Shown here: piece by piece, positions 18,292-29,469 of the stretch
Layout: each line of letters starts with the position of its first letter
Position numbering within the stretch: the stretch's first letter is position 1
Sequence record: SRR20825019_250
Direction: 5' to 3' (one strand)
Length of the DNA: 38,029 bases
Made by a program: the position numbers and the translations under genes
Notes under the pieces: model-generated
What the model saw: the letters and a program-made list of their open reading frames with translations, nothing else
Database searches by the model: none
Told to the model about the DNA's origin: nothing

Positions 18292-18672
18292 TTAAGCCGC
18301 TTGCACTGGGATGGAATGGCGCATGTGCGTGATATCGTTGTTCTCGTCGAGATAAACCAAGGTTGGCTTGTGTTTCTCAGCTTCTTTTTCGTCCATGCTG
18401 ACATAGGCACAGATAATGATGCGATCACCCGGTGAGGCTTTATGCGCCGCCGCACCATTAACGGAAATGATCTTGGAGCCGTCTTCAGCGCGGATGGCAT
18501 AAGTGGTAAAACGCTCACCATTGGCGACGTTATAGATCTGGATTTGCTCGTATTCGCGAATACCGGCGGCTTCCAGAAATTGGCCATCGATTGCACATGA
18601 GCCCTCATATTCCAGTTCGGAATGGGTCACGCACGCACGGTGCAGTTTGGCTTTTAAGAGTGTCAGTTGCAT
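18292..18672 (-). CDS. panD: Aspartate 1-decarboxylase
   Basis: KLHRA, YEGSC (G24-S25 self-cleavage site when counted from ATG 18672), NGERFTTY and NGAAA motifs. Confidence 0.97.
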   Translation of the reverse strand: MQLTLLKAKLHRACVTHSELEYEGSCAIDGQFLEAAGIREYEQIQIYNVANGERFTTYAIRAEDGSKIISVNGAAAHKASPGDRIIICAYVSMDEKEAEKHKPTLVYLDENNDITHMRHSIPVQAA

Positions 18673-18701
18673 AGCGGACAAATCTTGTGAGTTAGCCCAA
18701 T

Positions 18702-18730
18702 ATTATCGCTTGTTAGAGAAGCTCAGGCAA
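18702..18730 (-). promoter_or_regulatory. Putative internal sigma70 promoter for panD
   Basis: TTGCCT-N17-GATAAT overlapping the panC stop. Confidence 0.5.
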
Positions 18731-19577
18731 GGTCACACAGAATATTATCTATTAACCTGACTGAGCCGAGCCTGGCTGCGGCCAGAATACGCAGCGTTGT
18801 TTTTTCACCCGCTTGCGCCGGCTGCAGATCATCGGCACGGCGGATATCAAGATATTCCGGCTCAAAACCAGATTGTCTGAGTTGAGTCTGAGCAGCCTGT
18901 GTCAATGCGTCAAGATCCGTTTCGCCATTTTCCAATGCCGTGCGAATGGTCATCAACTGCTGATACAGCAATGGCGCCGTTAAACGCTGTTTATCGCTAA
19001 GCAGATTATTACGTGAACTCATGGCAAGACCACTGTCTTCACGGCGGGTGGGCGCGCCAACAACATCAACCGGGATATTCAGATCGACAACCAGCTTTTT
19101 AATTAACAGCAGTTGCTGGTAATCCTTTTCCCCGAAAACGGCAATATCGGCCTGCACCATATTGAATAATTTAGTGACCACCGTGGCGACGCCATCAAAA
19201 TGGCCGGGCCGCCCCAAACCACAGAGTTTGTCATCCATACCCGGAACGTGCACGCTGGTCTGCTCACTCATGCCCTGGGGATAGACCACTTTGTCATCGG
19301 GCGTAAACACCAGATCGCATTCGAGTTCGCTGAGCAGGTTAATATCTTCCGTCAGCGTGCGCGGGTATTTCTCCAGATCATTTTTATCGTTGAACTGTAA
19401 CGGATTGACGAAGATGCTCACCACAATACGATCGGCCAGCGCTTTCGCTTTCCGCACCAGCGATAAGTGCCCCTCATGCAGATTGCCCATGGTCGGGACA
19501 AAGGCAATCACCTCATTATTCGCACGCCAGGTCTTAATACGGGTACGAAGGGCAACTGTGTTATCCACCACCTGCAT
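18723..19577 (-). CDS. panC: Pantoate--beta-alanine ligase
   Basis: FVPTMGNLHEGH, SIFVNPLQF, RPGHFDGV, FGEKDYQQ, GLAMSSRN and RLIDN motifs. Confidence 0.97.
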   Translation of the reverse strand: MQVVDNTVALRTRIKTWRANNEVIAFVPTMGNLHEGHLSLVRKAKALADRIVVSIFVNPLQFNDKNDLEKYPRTLTEDINLLSELECDLVFTPDDKVVYPQGMSEQTSVHVPGMDDKLCGLGRPGHFDGVATVVTKLFNMVQADIAVFGEKDYQQLLLIKKLVVDLNIPVDVVGAPTRREDSGLAMSSRNNLLSDKQRLTAPLLYQQLMTIRTALENGETDLDALTQAAQTQLRQSGFEPEYLDIRRADDLQPAQAGEKTTLRILAAARLGSVRLIDNILCDLA

Positions 19578-20371
19578 CAGAATTGCTGCTCCGGCGTCGG
19601 GAACGCACCGCTTTTGACATCCTGCACGTATTGACTGATGGCGGCCTGAATCGCACCGGTATCAGCCAGGAAATCATGACTGAAGCGGGGGCGTCTGCCA
19701 GGCGTTAAGCCCAGCATGTCATACAGCACGAGTACCTGACCATCACAGTCCTTGCCGGCACCAATGCCGATAACGGGTATCGTCAGTGCTTCGGTGACCC
19801 TCGCTGCGAGTGCGGCCGGTACGCATTCCAATACCAGCATATCAGCACCGGCCTGTTCCAGTTTCAGGGCATCCGCCAGCAATTCATCGGCCGCCGCTTT
19901 TTCACGTCCCTGAACAATATAACCGCCCAGCCGGTGGACCGACTGCGGTAATAAGCCAAGATGAGCACAGACCGGAATCCCGCGCGACGTGAGTTGGGCG
20001 ATGGTATCAGCGATTATCGCACCGCCTTCCAACTTAACCATTTGTGCCCCGCCTTCAGCCATCAGACGCGCCGCATTGGCAATGGCCTGGTCGGCATTGG
20101 CGTAGCTCATAAACGGCATATCGGCAACGATAAACGCTTTGTCGCTGCCGCGGGCGACATTGGCGGAGTGATAAATCATGTTATCGACGCTGACTGGCAG
20201 CGTACTTTCCTGGCCCTGAACCACCATGCCCAGCGAATCGCCGACCAGAATCACCTCAACGCCGGCTTCCTCCAGCGCGTGGCTGAAGCTGGCATCATAG
20301 GCTGTCAGTACCGCGATCTTTTCCTGTGCCGCTTTCATTTTGCGTAACGCAGTCAGGCTCAAACGACTCAT
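19577..20371 (-). CDS. panB: 3-methyl-2-oxobutanoate hydroxymethyltransferase
   Basis: LTAYDA, LVGDSLGM, ADMPF, VKLEGG, HLGL.PQ and GIGAG motifs. Confidence 0.97.
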   Translation of the reverse strand: MSRLSLTALRKMKAAQEKIAVLTAYDASFSHALEEAGVEVILVGDSLGMVVQGQESTLPVSVDNMIYHSANVARGSDKAFIVADMPFMSYANADQAIANAARLMAEGGAQMVKLEGGAIIADTIAQLTSRGIPVCAHLGLLPQSVHRLGGYIVQGREKAAADELLADALKLEQAGADMLVLECVPAALAARVTEALTIPVIGIGAGKDCDGQVLVLYDMLGLTPGRRPRFSHDFLADTGAIQAAISQYVQDVKSGAFPTPEQQF

Positions 20372-20373
20372 GA

Positions 20374-21033
20374 TTATTTCTTCTCTTTAATCGGGAGTGG
20401 ATTGTAATAATGGCGGCCGCTCTGAATAGTGCAGATCTGTTCCAGTAACTGCTGATAATCCTGTTCACTATTCACCAGATCAATTTGCTCGGCATTGACG
20501 ATCAGCAGAGGCGAGGCATCGTAGTAGTGGAAAAAGTCGGCATAGGTATCAGCCAAACGTTTCAGATAGCCCTCTTCGATATGCTGCTCATAGCCGATGC
20601 CACGCTGGGCAATGCGAGATTTCAGCACCGGCAGGGAAGCCTGCAGATAGATAACCAGATCCGGCGTACGGTGATGCAAAGTCAGGTTGTCGTAGACCAT
20701 GTGGTACAGCGCCAGTTCATCATCATCCAGCGAAATCTGGGCAAACAGCTTGTCCTTTTCCACCATGAAATCAGCAATATGCAGATCATTAAACAGATCA
20801 TCCTGATTCAGCGTCTTACTCAGCTTGACCCGTTGCATCAGAAAACTCAGCTGGGTCGGCAGCGCCGATTGCTTGGGGTAAACGTAAAACTTTTCCAGGA
20901 AGGGATTCTGTTCCGGCTGTTCCATTAAGGTGGTACCGCCAAAACTATCGGCCAGGCGCTTGACCAAGTGGGTTTTGCCGACGCCGATGGGTCCCTCGAC
21001 AACAATATAGTGATGTGGCAAAGACTGATTCAT
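20374..21033 (-). CDS. Deoxynucleoside kinase family protein
   Basis: EGPIGVGKT P-loop, NPFL..FY, PDLVIYLQA and RI..RG..YE motifs. Confidence 0.9.
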   Translation of the reverse strand: MNQSLPHHYIVVEGPIGVGKTHLVKRLADSFGGTTLMEQPEQNPFLEKFYVYPKQSALPTQLSFLMQRVKLSKTLNQDDLFNDLHIADFMVEKDKLFAQISLDDDELALYHMVYDNLTLHHRTPDLVIYLQASLPVLKSRIAQRGIGYEQHIEEGYLKRLADTYADFFHYYDASPLLIVNAEQIDLVNSEQDYQQLLEQICTIQSGRHYYNPLPIKEKK

Positions 21034-21518
21034 GACTGATTATTTTCCAACGGCACTAATCCTTCCGGCGGGCAATGCGCCTTGATAGCGGCCAGACTAC
21101 CGAGTCCGGGAACCTGCAAATCCGGCGCAATTTCCGCCAGCGGATAAACCACAAAAGCACGTTCAGCAATGCCGGGATGCGGCACTGTCAGGCGTTCATC
21201 TTTAATGACTTTATCAGCATAGAGCAGGATGTCGAGATCCAATGTGCGCTCGCCCCAGTGACGCTGACGGATTCGGCCATGTTTTTGCTCGATCTGCTGC
21301 AACGCATCAAGCAATTCATGGGGCTTCAAACCGGTCTCCAAGCCAACAACCGCGTTAATATAATCGGGTTGGTCCTGCGGCCCCATCGGCGGGCTGTGGT
21401 AGAGCGAAGACGCTGCTACCAGTGTGGTTTGGGGGATAACACGGATATCTTCGATCGCGGTACGCACCTGCTGTTGGGGATCCTCCAGATTACTGCCAAG
21501 TCCGATATAAGCCAGCAT
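21030..21518 (-). CDS. folK: 2-amino-4-hydroxy-6-hydroxymethyldihydropteridine diphosphokinase
   Basis: AYIGLGSNL, QPDYINAV, WGERTLDLDIL and L.VPHP motifs. Confidence 0.97.
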   Translation of the reverse strand: MLAYIGLGSNLEDPQQQVRTAIEDIRVIPQTTLVAASSLYHSPPMGPQDQPDYINAVVGLETGLKPHELLDALQQIEQKHGRIRQRHWGERTLDLDILLYADKVIKDERLTVPHPGIAERAFVVYPLAEIAPDLQVPGLGSLAAIKAHCPPEGLVPLENNQS

Positions 21519-22888
21519 TAATCATCCTTTGGTGCTTTGTTGGCAGCAGGCTTTCTGCGACGCCGTCGACGGCGTGGTTTAGCTGCTTTGTCCCCTCCGG
21601 ACAGACCTGCCACCATTTTTTCCTGTTCATTGGCAGAGACTTCCTGGAAGCGGGTCCACCAGTCAACAATCTCTTCAAGCGGTTCACCCGCTTCATTTCT
21701 CAGTGCCAGGAAATCATAGGCAGCACGGAATTTAGGGTGCAATAAGGATCTGAAAGCGCGTTTGCCCTGTCGCTTCATCAGTCTGGGCTGCATATTCCAG
21801 ATATCCCGCGTCACCATGCTGAAGCGTTTGGGTACGGCGACACGTTGGACCTGATCGGTAATAACTTCGGATGAAGCCCGCTGCATGGCCGGAATTTCCG
21901 GCATACCATGTTCCATCAACAGCTGAGCGCGTTGTCTGGCTGGCTCCCAAAGCAATGCGGCAAACAGAAATGCCGGTGTTACGGGTCTATCGTCATCAAT
22001 ACGGCGATCGGTATTTTCCAGCGCTTTCATCAGCAGGGTTCGTGGGTAACCGTCTTTTTCTTCATGCAGCAGCTTCGCCGTTTGCGGATACATTTCATCA
22101 AACAGACCATAGTGACACAGCAGTTCATGGGTCACTGCAGCATTTCCGGTCAGGTAAAGCTTCAGGGTCTCATCAAACAGACGTGCCGGTGGAATATCCG
22201 CCAGCAGAGCGGCCCATTTGAAGATACCGGCTTCAGTGTCTTTATCCAGTTTCAAACCCAGCTTGCCGACGAACCGCAGCGCACGCAGCATTCTGACCGG
22301 ATCCTCCCGGAAGCGGGTCTCTACATCACCGATAAGTTTTATCAAGCCGGCATTGAGATCATCAATCCCGCCGGTATAGTCGACTATCGAGAAGTCCCGG
22401 ATATTGTAGTAAAGCGCATTAATGGTGAAGTCACGACGCCAGGCATCCTGTTCCAGATTACCGTAGACGTTGTCCTGCATGATGCGGCCCTGCTCATCCA
22501 CATGGTTGCTGGCTTCAGGAGGTGCGCGGAAGGTGGCGACCTCAATGACATCACGACCAAAGCGCACATGAACCAGTTTGAATCGGCGACCAATCAGACG
22601 GCTTCGACGGAACAGACTATGGACCTGCTCGGGTAAGGCATTGGTCGCGACATCAAAGTCTTTCGGTTCATGGCCCAGCAGCAAATCGCGTACGCAGCCG
22701 CCGACCAGGTAGGCTTCAAAGCCTGCATCCTTGAGCGTATAGAGCACATTCAGCGCATTCTGGCTGATTTGTTTGCGCGAGATAGTGTGCTCGCTGCGCG
22801 GCACGATCACGGGCTCATGACCACGACGATCATTGTCAGCGTTTTTGCCCTTAACCAGTTTATTAATCAGTTTATTGATAGACAGCAT
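21518..22888 (-). CDS. pcnB: Poly(A) polymerase I
   Basis: LVGGCVRD, KDFD, the PAP signature LIGRRFKLVHV, RRDFTINAL, EDPVRMLRA and FRAAYDFL; Arg-rich tail; upstream of folK. Confidence 0.96.
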   Translation of the reverse strand: MLSINKLINKLVKGKNADNDRRGHEPVIVPRSEHTISRKQISQNALNVLYTLKDAGFEAYLVGGCVRDLLLGHEPKDFDVATNALPEQVHSLFRRSRLIGRRFKLVHVRFGRDVIEVATFRAPPEASNHVDEQGRIMQDNVYGNLEQDAWRRDFTINALYYNIRDFSIVDYTGGIDDLNAGLIKLIGDVETRFREDPVRMLRALRFVGKLGLKLDKDTEAGIFKWAALLADIPPARLFDETLKLYLTGNAAVTHELLCHYGLFDEMYPQTAKLLHEEKDGYPRTLLMKALENTDRRIDDDRPVTPAFLFAALLWEPARQRAQLLMEHGMPEIPAMQRASSEVITDQVQRVAVPKRFSMVTRDIWNMQPRLMKRQGKRAFRSLLHPKFRAAYDFLALRNEAGEPLEEIVDWWTRFQEVSANEQEKMVAGLSGGDKAAKPRRRRRRRKPAANKAPKDD

Positions 22889-22897
22889 AAGCCGAGA

Positions 22898-22906
22898 ATA
22901 ATACCA
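22898..22906 (-). promoter_or_regulatory. Extended -10 element 9 nt upstream of the pcnB ATG
   Basis: TG-G-TATTAT on the minus strand, with no SD between it and the ATG. Confidence 0.5.
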
Positions 22907-22939
22907 CGGGAATTAACATAGCTCGTCTTTAATCCTTGT

Positions 22940-23512
22940 TCACAACAGGCTCATCTGCACCGGACTAAACGAGCGACGATGAATGTCGGTCGCGCCTAAT
23001 TCCATCAGTGCCTGCTGGTGTTGTTTGGTCGGATAGCCTTTGTGTTTGGCAAAGCCGTAGCCCGGGTACAGTACTTCAAGCGCAACCATCTCCCTGTCCC
23101 GCGCGACTTTCGCCAGAATGGAAGCGGCAGCAATGGCCTGCTCAGACTGATCGCCTTTAATGATTGTCGTGACCGGACAGTTGAGACTGGGTGCGTGAAT
23201 GCCATCGACCAGTACATGGCCCGGTGTCATCGTTAAACTCTCGACCGCACGCTTCATCGCCAGTAAGGAGGCCTGCAGAATATTGAGCTCGTCAATTTCG
23301 GCAGGTTCTGCGCGGCCCAGCGCCCAGGCCAAAGCCTTTTGCTTGATCAAGGGTTCAAGCAGTTCACGACGCTTCTCGGTCAATTTTTTTGAGTCAGTCA
23401 GACCGTCAATCGGATTGTCAGGGTCCAGAATCACGGCCGCGGTCACTACGGGACCAGCCAAAGGCCCTCTACCGACTTCATCAACCCCGGCTACCAGCAC
23501 AATCTCAGTCAT
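22940..23512 (-). CDS. rnhB: Ribonuclease HII
   Basis: [30 protein letters not shown] and HKGYPT motifs. Start moved to ATG 23512, overlapping the end of lpxB. Confidence 0.96.
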   Translation of the reverse strand: MTEIVLVAGVDEVGRGPLAGPVVTAAVILDPDNPIDGLTDSKKLTEKRRELLEPLIKQKALAWALGRAEPAEIDELNILQASLLAMKRAVESLTMTPGHVLVDGIHAPSLNCPVTTIIKGDQSEQAIAAASILAKVARDREMVALEVLYPGYGFAKHKGYPTKQHQQALMELGATDIHRRSFSPVQMSLL

Positions 23513-24656
23513 GCGCTGTCTCCAGCCTATCCAGAATGAGTTGCGCAGCATTGTCTGCCCCGCCTGCAGGTCCCAGCGCGGTCAACACCTGCTGCCGAAT
23601 ATATTCAGCTCGGTTCTTGGCCTGAGGATCAGTCAGTAACGGCGTCAGTTGCTGATCCAGATTCTCGACTGTCACCTCATCCTGCAGCAGTTCGGTGACG
23701 ATATTGTCGTTCGTGATGATATTACAGAGTCCGACATAGGGAATTTTGACCAGACGCTTGAGAATCCGGTAGCTCATTGGTGCCACCCGGTAGACGATTA
23801 GATGGGGCACGCCCATCAGGGCGATCTCCAGAGTCACCGTACCGGATGCGGCAACAATCGCATCACAGCTGCGAATCGCATCGTAGAAGTCACCGGAGGC
23901 AAGCTTAATGTCGAGATTTGATCGGCTGAGCATCGGCTGCAAAAATGCTTCGTCCAGGCCCGGCGCTATCGGCAGCAACACTTCCAGATCAAAATGCCGT
24001 TGTTTGATTTTTTCAGCAGTCTCCAGCATCACCGGTAACAGCGCTTCCACCTCACTGCGACGGCTGCCGGGAAACAGGCCCAGCACACGATGTTCCGGAT
24101 CTATGCCAAAGTGTTGTTTGGCCGTTTTGCTATCAAATGCCGATCCCACCACATCGACCAGCGGGTGACCGACACAGGTGACCGGCACACCAGCATCCTG
24201 ATACAGCGTTTCCTCAAACGGAAACAACACGGCCATATGGTCGACATAGCGACGTATTGTCTTTACCCGTCCATGTCGCCATGCCCAGACCTTGGGGCTG
24301 ATGTAATACAACACGGGTATACCCAGCTTGTGAGCCTGCTTGGCCAGTTTCAGATTGAAACCGGGATAGTCAACCAGAATCAGTAAATCGGGTTTTTCTT
24401 TTCGCAACCGTTCGACAAGCGCATTAAAAACGGCTTTAATTTGTCGATATTGCTTGAGCACTTCCACCAGCCCCATCACCGCCAAATCTCTGAAGTCGGT
24501 AAATATCTCGGCACCGGCCTGACGCAATGCGTCGCCACCTATTCCAGAGACAGCAATATCGGGTCGTCTGGCTTTAAGGGCAGCAATCATACGACCGGCA
24601 TGAGCATCGCCTGAGGCTTCACCAGCCACAATGACTATGCGCTTCGCGGTGGTCAA
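23505..24656 (-). CDS. lpxB: Lipid-A-disaccharide synthase
   Basis: [41 protein letters not shown] and SGTVTLE motifs. Confidence 0.96.
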   Translation of the reverse strand: MTTAKRIVIVAGEASGDAHAGRMIAALKARRPDIAVSGIGGDALRQAGAEIFTDFRDLAVMGLVEVLKQYRQIKAVFNALVERLRKEKPDLLILVDYPGFNLKLAKQAHKLGIPVLYYISPKVWAWRHGRVKTIRRYVDHMAVLFPFEETLYQDAGVPVTCVGHPLVDVVGSAFDSKTAKQHFGIDPEHRVLGLFPGSRRSEVEALLPVMLETAEKIKQRHFDLEVLLPIAPGLDEAFLQPMLSRSNLDIKLASGDFYDAIRSCDAIVAASGTVTLEIALMGVPHLIVYRVAPMSYRILKRLVKIPYVGLCNIITNDNIVTELLQDEVTVENLDQQLTPLLTDPQAKNRAEYIRQQVLTALGPAGGADNAAQLILDRLETAHD

Positions 24657-25771
24657 AATTCGTCGGCCTCAAGATAACCGGTCAGTTCCAGACCGAAGCC
24701 GGACACACCGGTAAGTTTGGTCGGCGTACCGATGACACGCATCTTTCTGACTCCCAGATCAGCCAGGATCTGAGCACCAACACCAAAAGTGCGTAAATCC
24801 CAGCCACCGGCGGCAGGAGGCGGCATTTCGGCCTCATCCTCCTGCTGGTAGCGTGCAATCTTGGCTGTGAGCTGTTTGTTCTGCTCGGGCTGACGCAAGA
24901 CAACTAACACCCCTTTACCAGCCTGTTGAATTTTCTGCATCACCGCCGGAATCGGCCAGTGACTGGGGTCGCGAATCGAGCCAAGTAAATCACCGAGCGG
25001 ATCCGCCATATGGACACGTACCAGGGTTTCCTGCTCAGCTTCAATATCACCGTAGACCAGCGCCAGATGCACCTGTCCATTCACCGAGTCCTGATAGCTG
25101 TGCAGTCGGAAGTCACCATAATCGGTGGGGAAATCACAGTGCGACAACTGCTTCACCGTCATTTCGTTTTCCAGCCGATAGCTGATCAGATCGGCAATGG
25201 TGCCAATCTTGAGATGATGGGTCTGAGCGAATTTTTCCAGATCCGGTCTGCGTGCCATACTACCGTCATCATTGAGAATTTCGACAATGACTGCTGCTGG
25301 CGAACAACCTGCCAGTTGCGCCAGATCACAGCCGGCCTCAGTATGGCCGGCACGGGTCAGCACGCCACCGGGCTGCGCTTTTAACGGGAATATATGACCC
25401 GGCTGAACTAAATCATCCGGTTTGGAGTCTGGATTCACGGCCACCTGAACGGTCAATGCCCGATCCGCTGCAGAAATACCCGTGGTCACGCCTCTGGCCG
25501 CCTCAATTGAAACAGTAAAATTGGTCGAATAAGGCGTCTGGTTGTCGGATACCATCAAAGGCAACCGCAACTCACGGCAGCGATCTTCGGTCAATGTCAG
25601 GCAGATAAGTCCCCGACCGAAACGGGCCATAAAATTGATGGCCTCGGGCGTCACCCTTTCTGCAGCCATAATCAGATCGCCTTCATTTTCCCGATCCTCA
25701 TCATCCATGATGATAACCATTTTGCCCTGCTTCAGGTCTTCGATAATCTCAGCGGTCGAGTTCAACTCCAT
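24653..25771 (-). CDS. ribB: DHBP synthase RibB fused to a degenerate GTP cyclohydrolase II domain (RibBX type)
   Basis: [27 protein letters not shown] and RAGHTEA motifs are intact. The C-terminal domain lacks the Zn-binding cysteines. Confidence 0.93.
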   Translation of the reverse strand: MELNSTAEIIEDLKQGKMVIIMDDEDRENEGDLIMAAERVTPEAINFMARFGRGLICLTLTEDRCRELRLPLMVSDNQTPYSTNFTVSIEAARGVTTGISAADRALTVQVAVNPDSKPDDLVQPGHIFPLKAQPGGVLTRAGHTEAGCDLAQLAGCSPAAVIVEILNDDGSMARRPDLEKFAQTHHLKIGTIADLISYRLENEMTVKQLSHCDFPTDYGDFRLHSYQDSVNGQVHLALVYGDIEAEQETLVRVHMADPLGDLLGSIRDPSHWPIPAVMQKIQQAGKGVLVVLRQPEQNKQLTAKIARYQQEDEAEMPPPAAGGWDLRTFGVGAQILADLGVRKMRVIGTPTKLTGVSGFGLELTGYLEADEF

Positions 25772-26412
25772 CAGATAAATCCGTGTTTTTGCAAAGTTTC
25801 GCGGCTGATGCCTTCCTGTTTGTTTCCCGGCAACAGGCGCTCCAGGTAGCGGGCAATTAAATCCACTTCCAGATTCACTACGGTACCGGTTTTATAATCA
25901 CTGATAATGGTTTCCTGCATCGTATGCGGGATGATATTGACTTCAAACCAGCCCGGCCCGACCTGGTTCACAGTCAGGCTGGTGCCATCAATACAGATTG
26001 AACCCTTTTCGGCAATGTAGCGTTCCAGGTTAGCCGGGACTTCAAAGCGGAACTTAACTGAGCGAGCCGAAGCTTCCATCACAGCGACTTTGCCCAGCCC
26101 ATCAACGTGACCACTGACAATATGGCCGCCGAGGCGATCACCCACTGCCATCGCCTTCTCAAGATTGACACTGGAACCCGGTGTCGCCTGTCCCAGACTG
26201 GTGCGTTCCAGGCTTTCACGCGAGACATCAAAGCTGAGCTGAGCGCCGTGGATATCGACGACGGTCAGGCAGACACCATTGACCGCGATACTATCGCCCA
26301 GTTTGACATCATTTAAATCCAGCTTGTCGGCATCAATCTTCAGCCTGAGGTCGCCACCGCTGGGCTGGACTGATTCCACCCGGCCCAGGGCAGCAATAAT
26401 TCCGGTAAACAT
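25771..26412 (-). CDS. ribE: Riboflavin synthase
   Basis: MFTGI N-terminus, [22 protein letters not shown] and VNLEVD motifs. Confidence 0.97.
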   Translation of the reverse strand: MFTGIIAALGRVESVQPSGGDLRLKIDADKLDLNDVKLGDSIAVNGVCLTVVDIHGAQLSFDVSRESLERTSLGQATPGSSVNLEKAMAVGDRLGGHIVSGHVDGLGKVAVMEASARSVKFRFEVPANLERYIAEKGSICIDGTSLTVNQVGPGWFEVNIIPHTMQETIISDYKTGTVVNLEVDLIARYLERLLPGNKQEGISRETLQKHGFI

Positions 26413-26426
26413 GCTCGCTTCCTTAA

Positions 26427-27533
26427 CTAAAACTTTTCATTGTATTGGGGCGTGGCAGTAATGCGCCAGTCCTGCCCGATGGCCCGCATATCGGTGATAT
26501 GCAGGGAGATATTCTGTGCCATGGTTTCCATGCCGGGCAGATGAAATACACCACGTGCCATATCTCCCATGATTTTAGGCGCCATGTAAATAACCAGTTC
26601 ATCAATAAGCCCCGCCTTCAATAAGGCCCCATTCAGCACGCCACCCGCTTCCACCATCAATTCATTGATTTCACGCTGTGCCAGCACAGCCATCAGTGCG
26701 TTCAAATCAATGATATCGCCATCGCCCGGCAGCAGCACCATGTCGATGTTTTTGGGTGAGGGTTTATCTACCGCAGTCGCCAGCAGCACCTTATCCTGAC
26801 TTAAAAGACGGGCATCGGCCGGTATACGCATCTGGCCGTCAACCACGATACGTAGTGGTTGTCTGACTTTCTGCCCCGCTGGGTACCATTTGACATCGCC
26901 CTGTTGCGGGCGCACGTTAAGTAAGGGGTCATCAGTGAGAATAGTGCCGATCCCCGTCAGGATACCGCTGCTGCGGGCCCGGAGTTTCTGTACATCATTT
27001 CTTGCCTGCGGGCCGGTAATCCATTTACTTTCGCCGGAAGCCATTGCTGTGCGGCCATCCAGACTCATCGCCAGTTTGCTGCGGATAAAGGGTCTGCCAA
27101 TACGCATACGCTGACAAAAGCCCGGATTCAATTTTTCAGATTGGGAAGCGAGAATACCGGCATGCACCTCAATACCGGCTTGTTCCAGTCGACGCAAACC
27201 CGCCCCGGAGACTATCGGATTCGGATCGGTCATGGCGACAAAGACACGTTTGACATTCGCATTGATTAAAGCATCGACACAGGGCGGGGTACGGCCGAAA
27301 TGGCTGCAGGGTTCGAGGGTGACATAACAGTCAGCACCATGGGCTTCACTGCCGGCCTGGTAGAGGGCATTGACTTCGGCATGCCCTTCACCGGCCCGCA
27401 TATGCCAGCCTTCGGCAATGATCCGGTCGTTTTTGACCAGCACACAACCAACCCGGGGATTGGGGTCTGTCGTGTACAGGCCACGTTCGGCCAGTTGGAT
27501 GGCTCTCGCCATGTAATGTTCAGGTGTCGACAT
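26427..27533 (-). CDS. ribD: Bifunctional pyrimidine deaminase/reductase RibD
   Basis: PNPRVGCV, HAE, TLEPCSHFGRTPPC, SLDGR and EAGG motifs. Confidence 0.97.
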   Translation of the reverse strand: MSTPEHYMARAIQLAERGLYTTDPNPRVGCVLVKNDRIIAEGWHMRAGEGHAEVNALYQAGSEAHGADCYVTLEPCSHFGRTPPCVDALINANVKRVFVAMTDPNPIVSGAGLRRLEQAGIEVHAGILASQSEKLNPGFCQRMRIGRPFIRSKLAMSLDGRTAMASGESKWITGPQARNDVQKLRARSSGILTGIGTILTDDPLLNVRPQQGDVKWYPAGQKVRQPLRIVVDGQMRIPADARLLSQDKVLLATAVDKPSPKNIDMVLLPGDGDIIDLNALMAVLAQREINELMVEAGGVLNGALLKAGLIDELVIYMAPKIMGDMARGVFHLPGMETMAQNISLHITDMRAIGQDWRITATPQYNEKF

Positions 27534-27617
27534 GACAATCTCTTGCGGAACCGGTTGCCTCGGCGAAATTTTATTATGCCTGATATCTAAGCCGGTATCG
27601 TTATCAGAACGATTTCT

Positions 27618-28094
27618 TTACTTTTTGTTTGTATCCGGCTCGGTCTGGCTTTCCATACGTTCAATTTCTTCACGAAAAGCATTCACATCCTGGAAACTGC
27701 GATAGACTGAAGCGAAGCGAACATAGGCCACTTCATCCAGTTCACGCAGCGCATCCATCACCCAGTCGCCGACCAGACGGCTGTCCACTTCACGCTCACC
27801 GGTCGCCCACAGACGACGGGTAATCCCTTTCACTGCCGTGTCTACATCATCGATACTGACCGGCCTTTTTTCCAAAGCCCGCATAATGCCGGCCCGCAGC
27901 TTGTTTTCATCAAACAGTTCACGTGAGCGGTCTCTTTTAATCAGCCTGGGCAGGCTGAGTTCAGCGGTTTCGTATGTAGTAAAACGTTCGTTACACTCCA
28001 CACACATACGCCGCCGGCGGATGGCATCGCCCTCCGCCGACAGCCGTGAGTCTACGACTTTGGAATCATCGGCACCACAAAATGGACAGCGCAT
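27618..28094 (-). CDS. nrdR: Transcriptional repressor NrdR
   Basis: MRCPFC, RRRRMC..C..RFTTYE, ATP cone and [10 protein letters not shown]. Confidence 0.98.
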   Translation of the reverse strand: MRCPFCGADDSKVVDSRLSAEGDAIRRRRMCVECNERFTTYETAELSLPRLIKRDRSRELFDENKLRAGIMRALEKRPVSIDDVDTAVKGITRRLWATGEREVDSRLVGDWVMDALRELDEVAYVRFASVYRSFQDVNAFREEIERMESQTEPDTNKK

Positions 28095-28106
28095 GAATAT
28101 CCCGTT

Positions 28107-29360
28107 TTAGGCGTAAACCGGCAGGCGGTCGCAGACTGCGACAACCTTGGCTTTAACCTCGTTAATGACATCATCACTGCCCTTGGCCTCAATGACATCA
28201 CACATCCAGTTCGCCAGATCACGACACTCTGCTTCTTTGAAACCGCGTGTTGTCACTGCCGGGGTACCGACACGGATACCGGAAGTCACGAAGGGTGACT
28301 GCGGATCATTCGGTACCGCATTTTTGTTGACCGTGATGTGCGCATTGCCCAGCCAGGCATCGACTTCTTTACCGGTCAGACCCGCTTCGATAAAACTGAC
28401 CAGGAACAGATGATCATCGGTGCCGTCAGACACGACATCGTAGCCGCGGCTCATAAAGACATCCGCCATCACACGGGCATTCTTGATGACCTGCTCCTGA
28501 TAGGTTTTGAATTCAGGTAGCATCGCTTCCTTGAAAGCAATCGCTTTGGCTGCAATCACGTGCATCAAAGGCCCGCCCTGGAAACCCGGGAAAACGGCTG
28601 AGTTCAGTTTTTTCTCGATTTCAGGATTACTTTTAGCGAGGATCAGACCACCACGCGGACCACGCAATGTTTTGTGAGTCGTTGTGGTAGTGACGTCAGC
28701 AATCTGTACCGGATTCGGATACAGACCAGCCGCCACCAGACCAGCGATATGTGCCATATCAACCAGCAGGTAAGCACCGACTGAATCAGCGATGTCACGG
28801 AATTTCTGCCAGTCAATCACGCGCGAATAAGCAGAGAAACCGGCAACGATCAGCTTGGGCTGATGTTCTTTGGCCAGACCGGCAACTTCATCGTAATCAA
28901 TTTCACCGGTTTCGGTGTTAATGCCATAGGACACGGAGTTATAGATTTTACCGGAAGCACTGACTTTGGCACCATGAGTCAGGTGACCGCCATGGGCCAG
29001 GCTCATACCCAGAATCGTGTCGCCCGGTTGCAACAGAGCAAGATAAACCGCGGCGTTGGCCTGTGAACCGGAATGCGGCTGGACATTGGCGTAATCGGCA
29101 CCGAACAGTTCCCTGGCTCGGGCAATGGCGATATCTTCAACGGTATCGACATGCTCACAACCGCCGTAATAACGCTTGCCGGGGTAACCTTCTGCGTACT
29201 TATTAGTCAAAGACGAGCCCTGCGCTTCCATTACACGCGGGCTGGTGTAGTTTTCGGAAGCGATCAGTTCGATGTGATCTTCCTGACGCTTGTCTTCGGC
29301 TGCAATCGCGTTGAACACTTCATCGTCAAAACCAGCGATGCTCATGTTTTTCTTGTACAC
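28107..29360 (-). CDS. glyA: Serine hydroxymethyltransferase
   Basis: [28 protein letters not shown] and [14 protein letters not shown] motifs; GTG start with SD GGGGA. Confidence 0.98.
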   Translation of the reverse strand: MYKKNMSIAGFDDEVFNAIAAEDKRQEDHIELIASENYTSPRVMEAQGSSLTNKYAEGYPGKRYYGGCEHVDTVEDIAIARARELFGADYANVQPHSGSQANAAVYLALLQPGDTILGMSLAHGGHLTHGAKVSASGKIYNSVSYGINTETGEIDYDEVAGLAKEHQPKLIVAGFSAYSRVIDWQKFRDIADSVGAYLLVDMAHIAGLVAAGLYPNPVQIADVTTTTTHKTLRGPRGGLILAKSNPEIEKKLNSAVFPGFQGGPLMHVIAAKAIAFKEAMLPEFKTYQEQVIKNARVMADVFMSRGYDVVSDGTDDHLFLVSFIEAGLTGKEVDAWLGNAHITVNKNAVPNDPQSPFVTSGIRVGTPAVTTRGFKEAECRDLANWMCDVIEAKGSDDVINEVKAKVVAVCDRLPVYA

Positions 29361-29469
29361 CGTAATCCCCTGTGTCTGATATAAAATGGGACCTTATTCT
29401 ATCTCACAAAGCAGCCATCATCTATGGCATAGTGACAGTTTTATTCGAACGAAGATGTGCTAGCAGATT

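Noticed and set aside
18126-18608. Track ORFs spanning the panD-olsF gap
   Set aside because: They overlap panD or are antisense to the yqhA remnant, which explains the coding-like signal
27534-27617. Possible FMN riboswitch before ribD
   Set aside because: Only 84 nt and none of the RFN consensus segments are present
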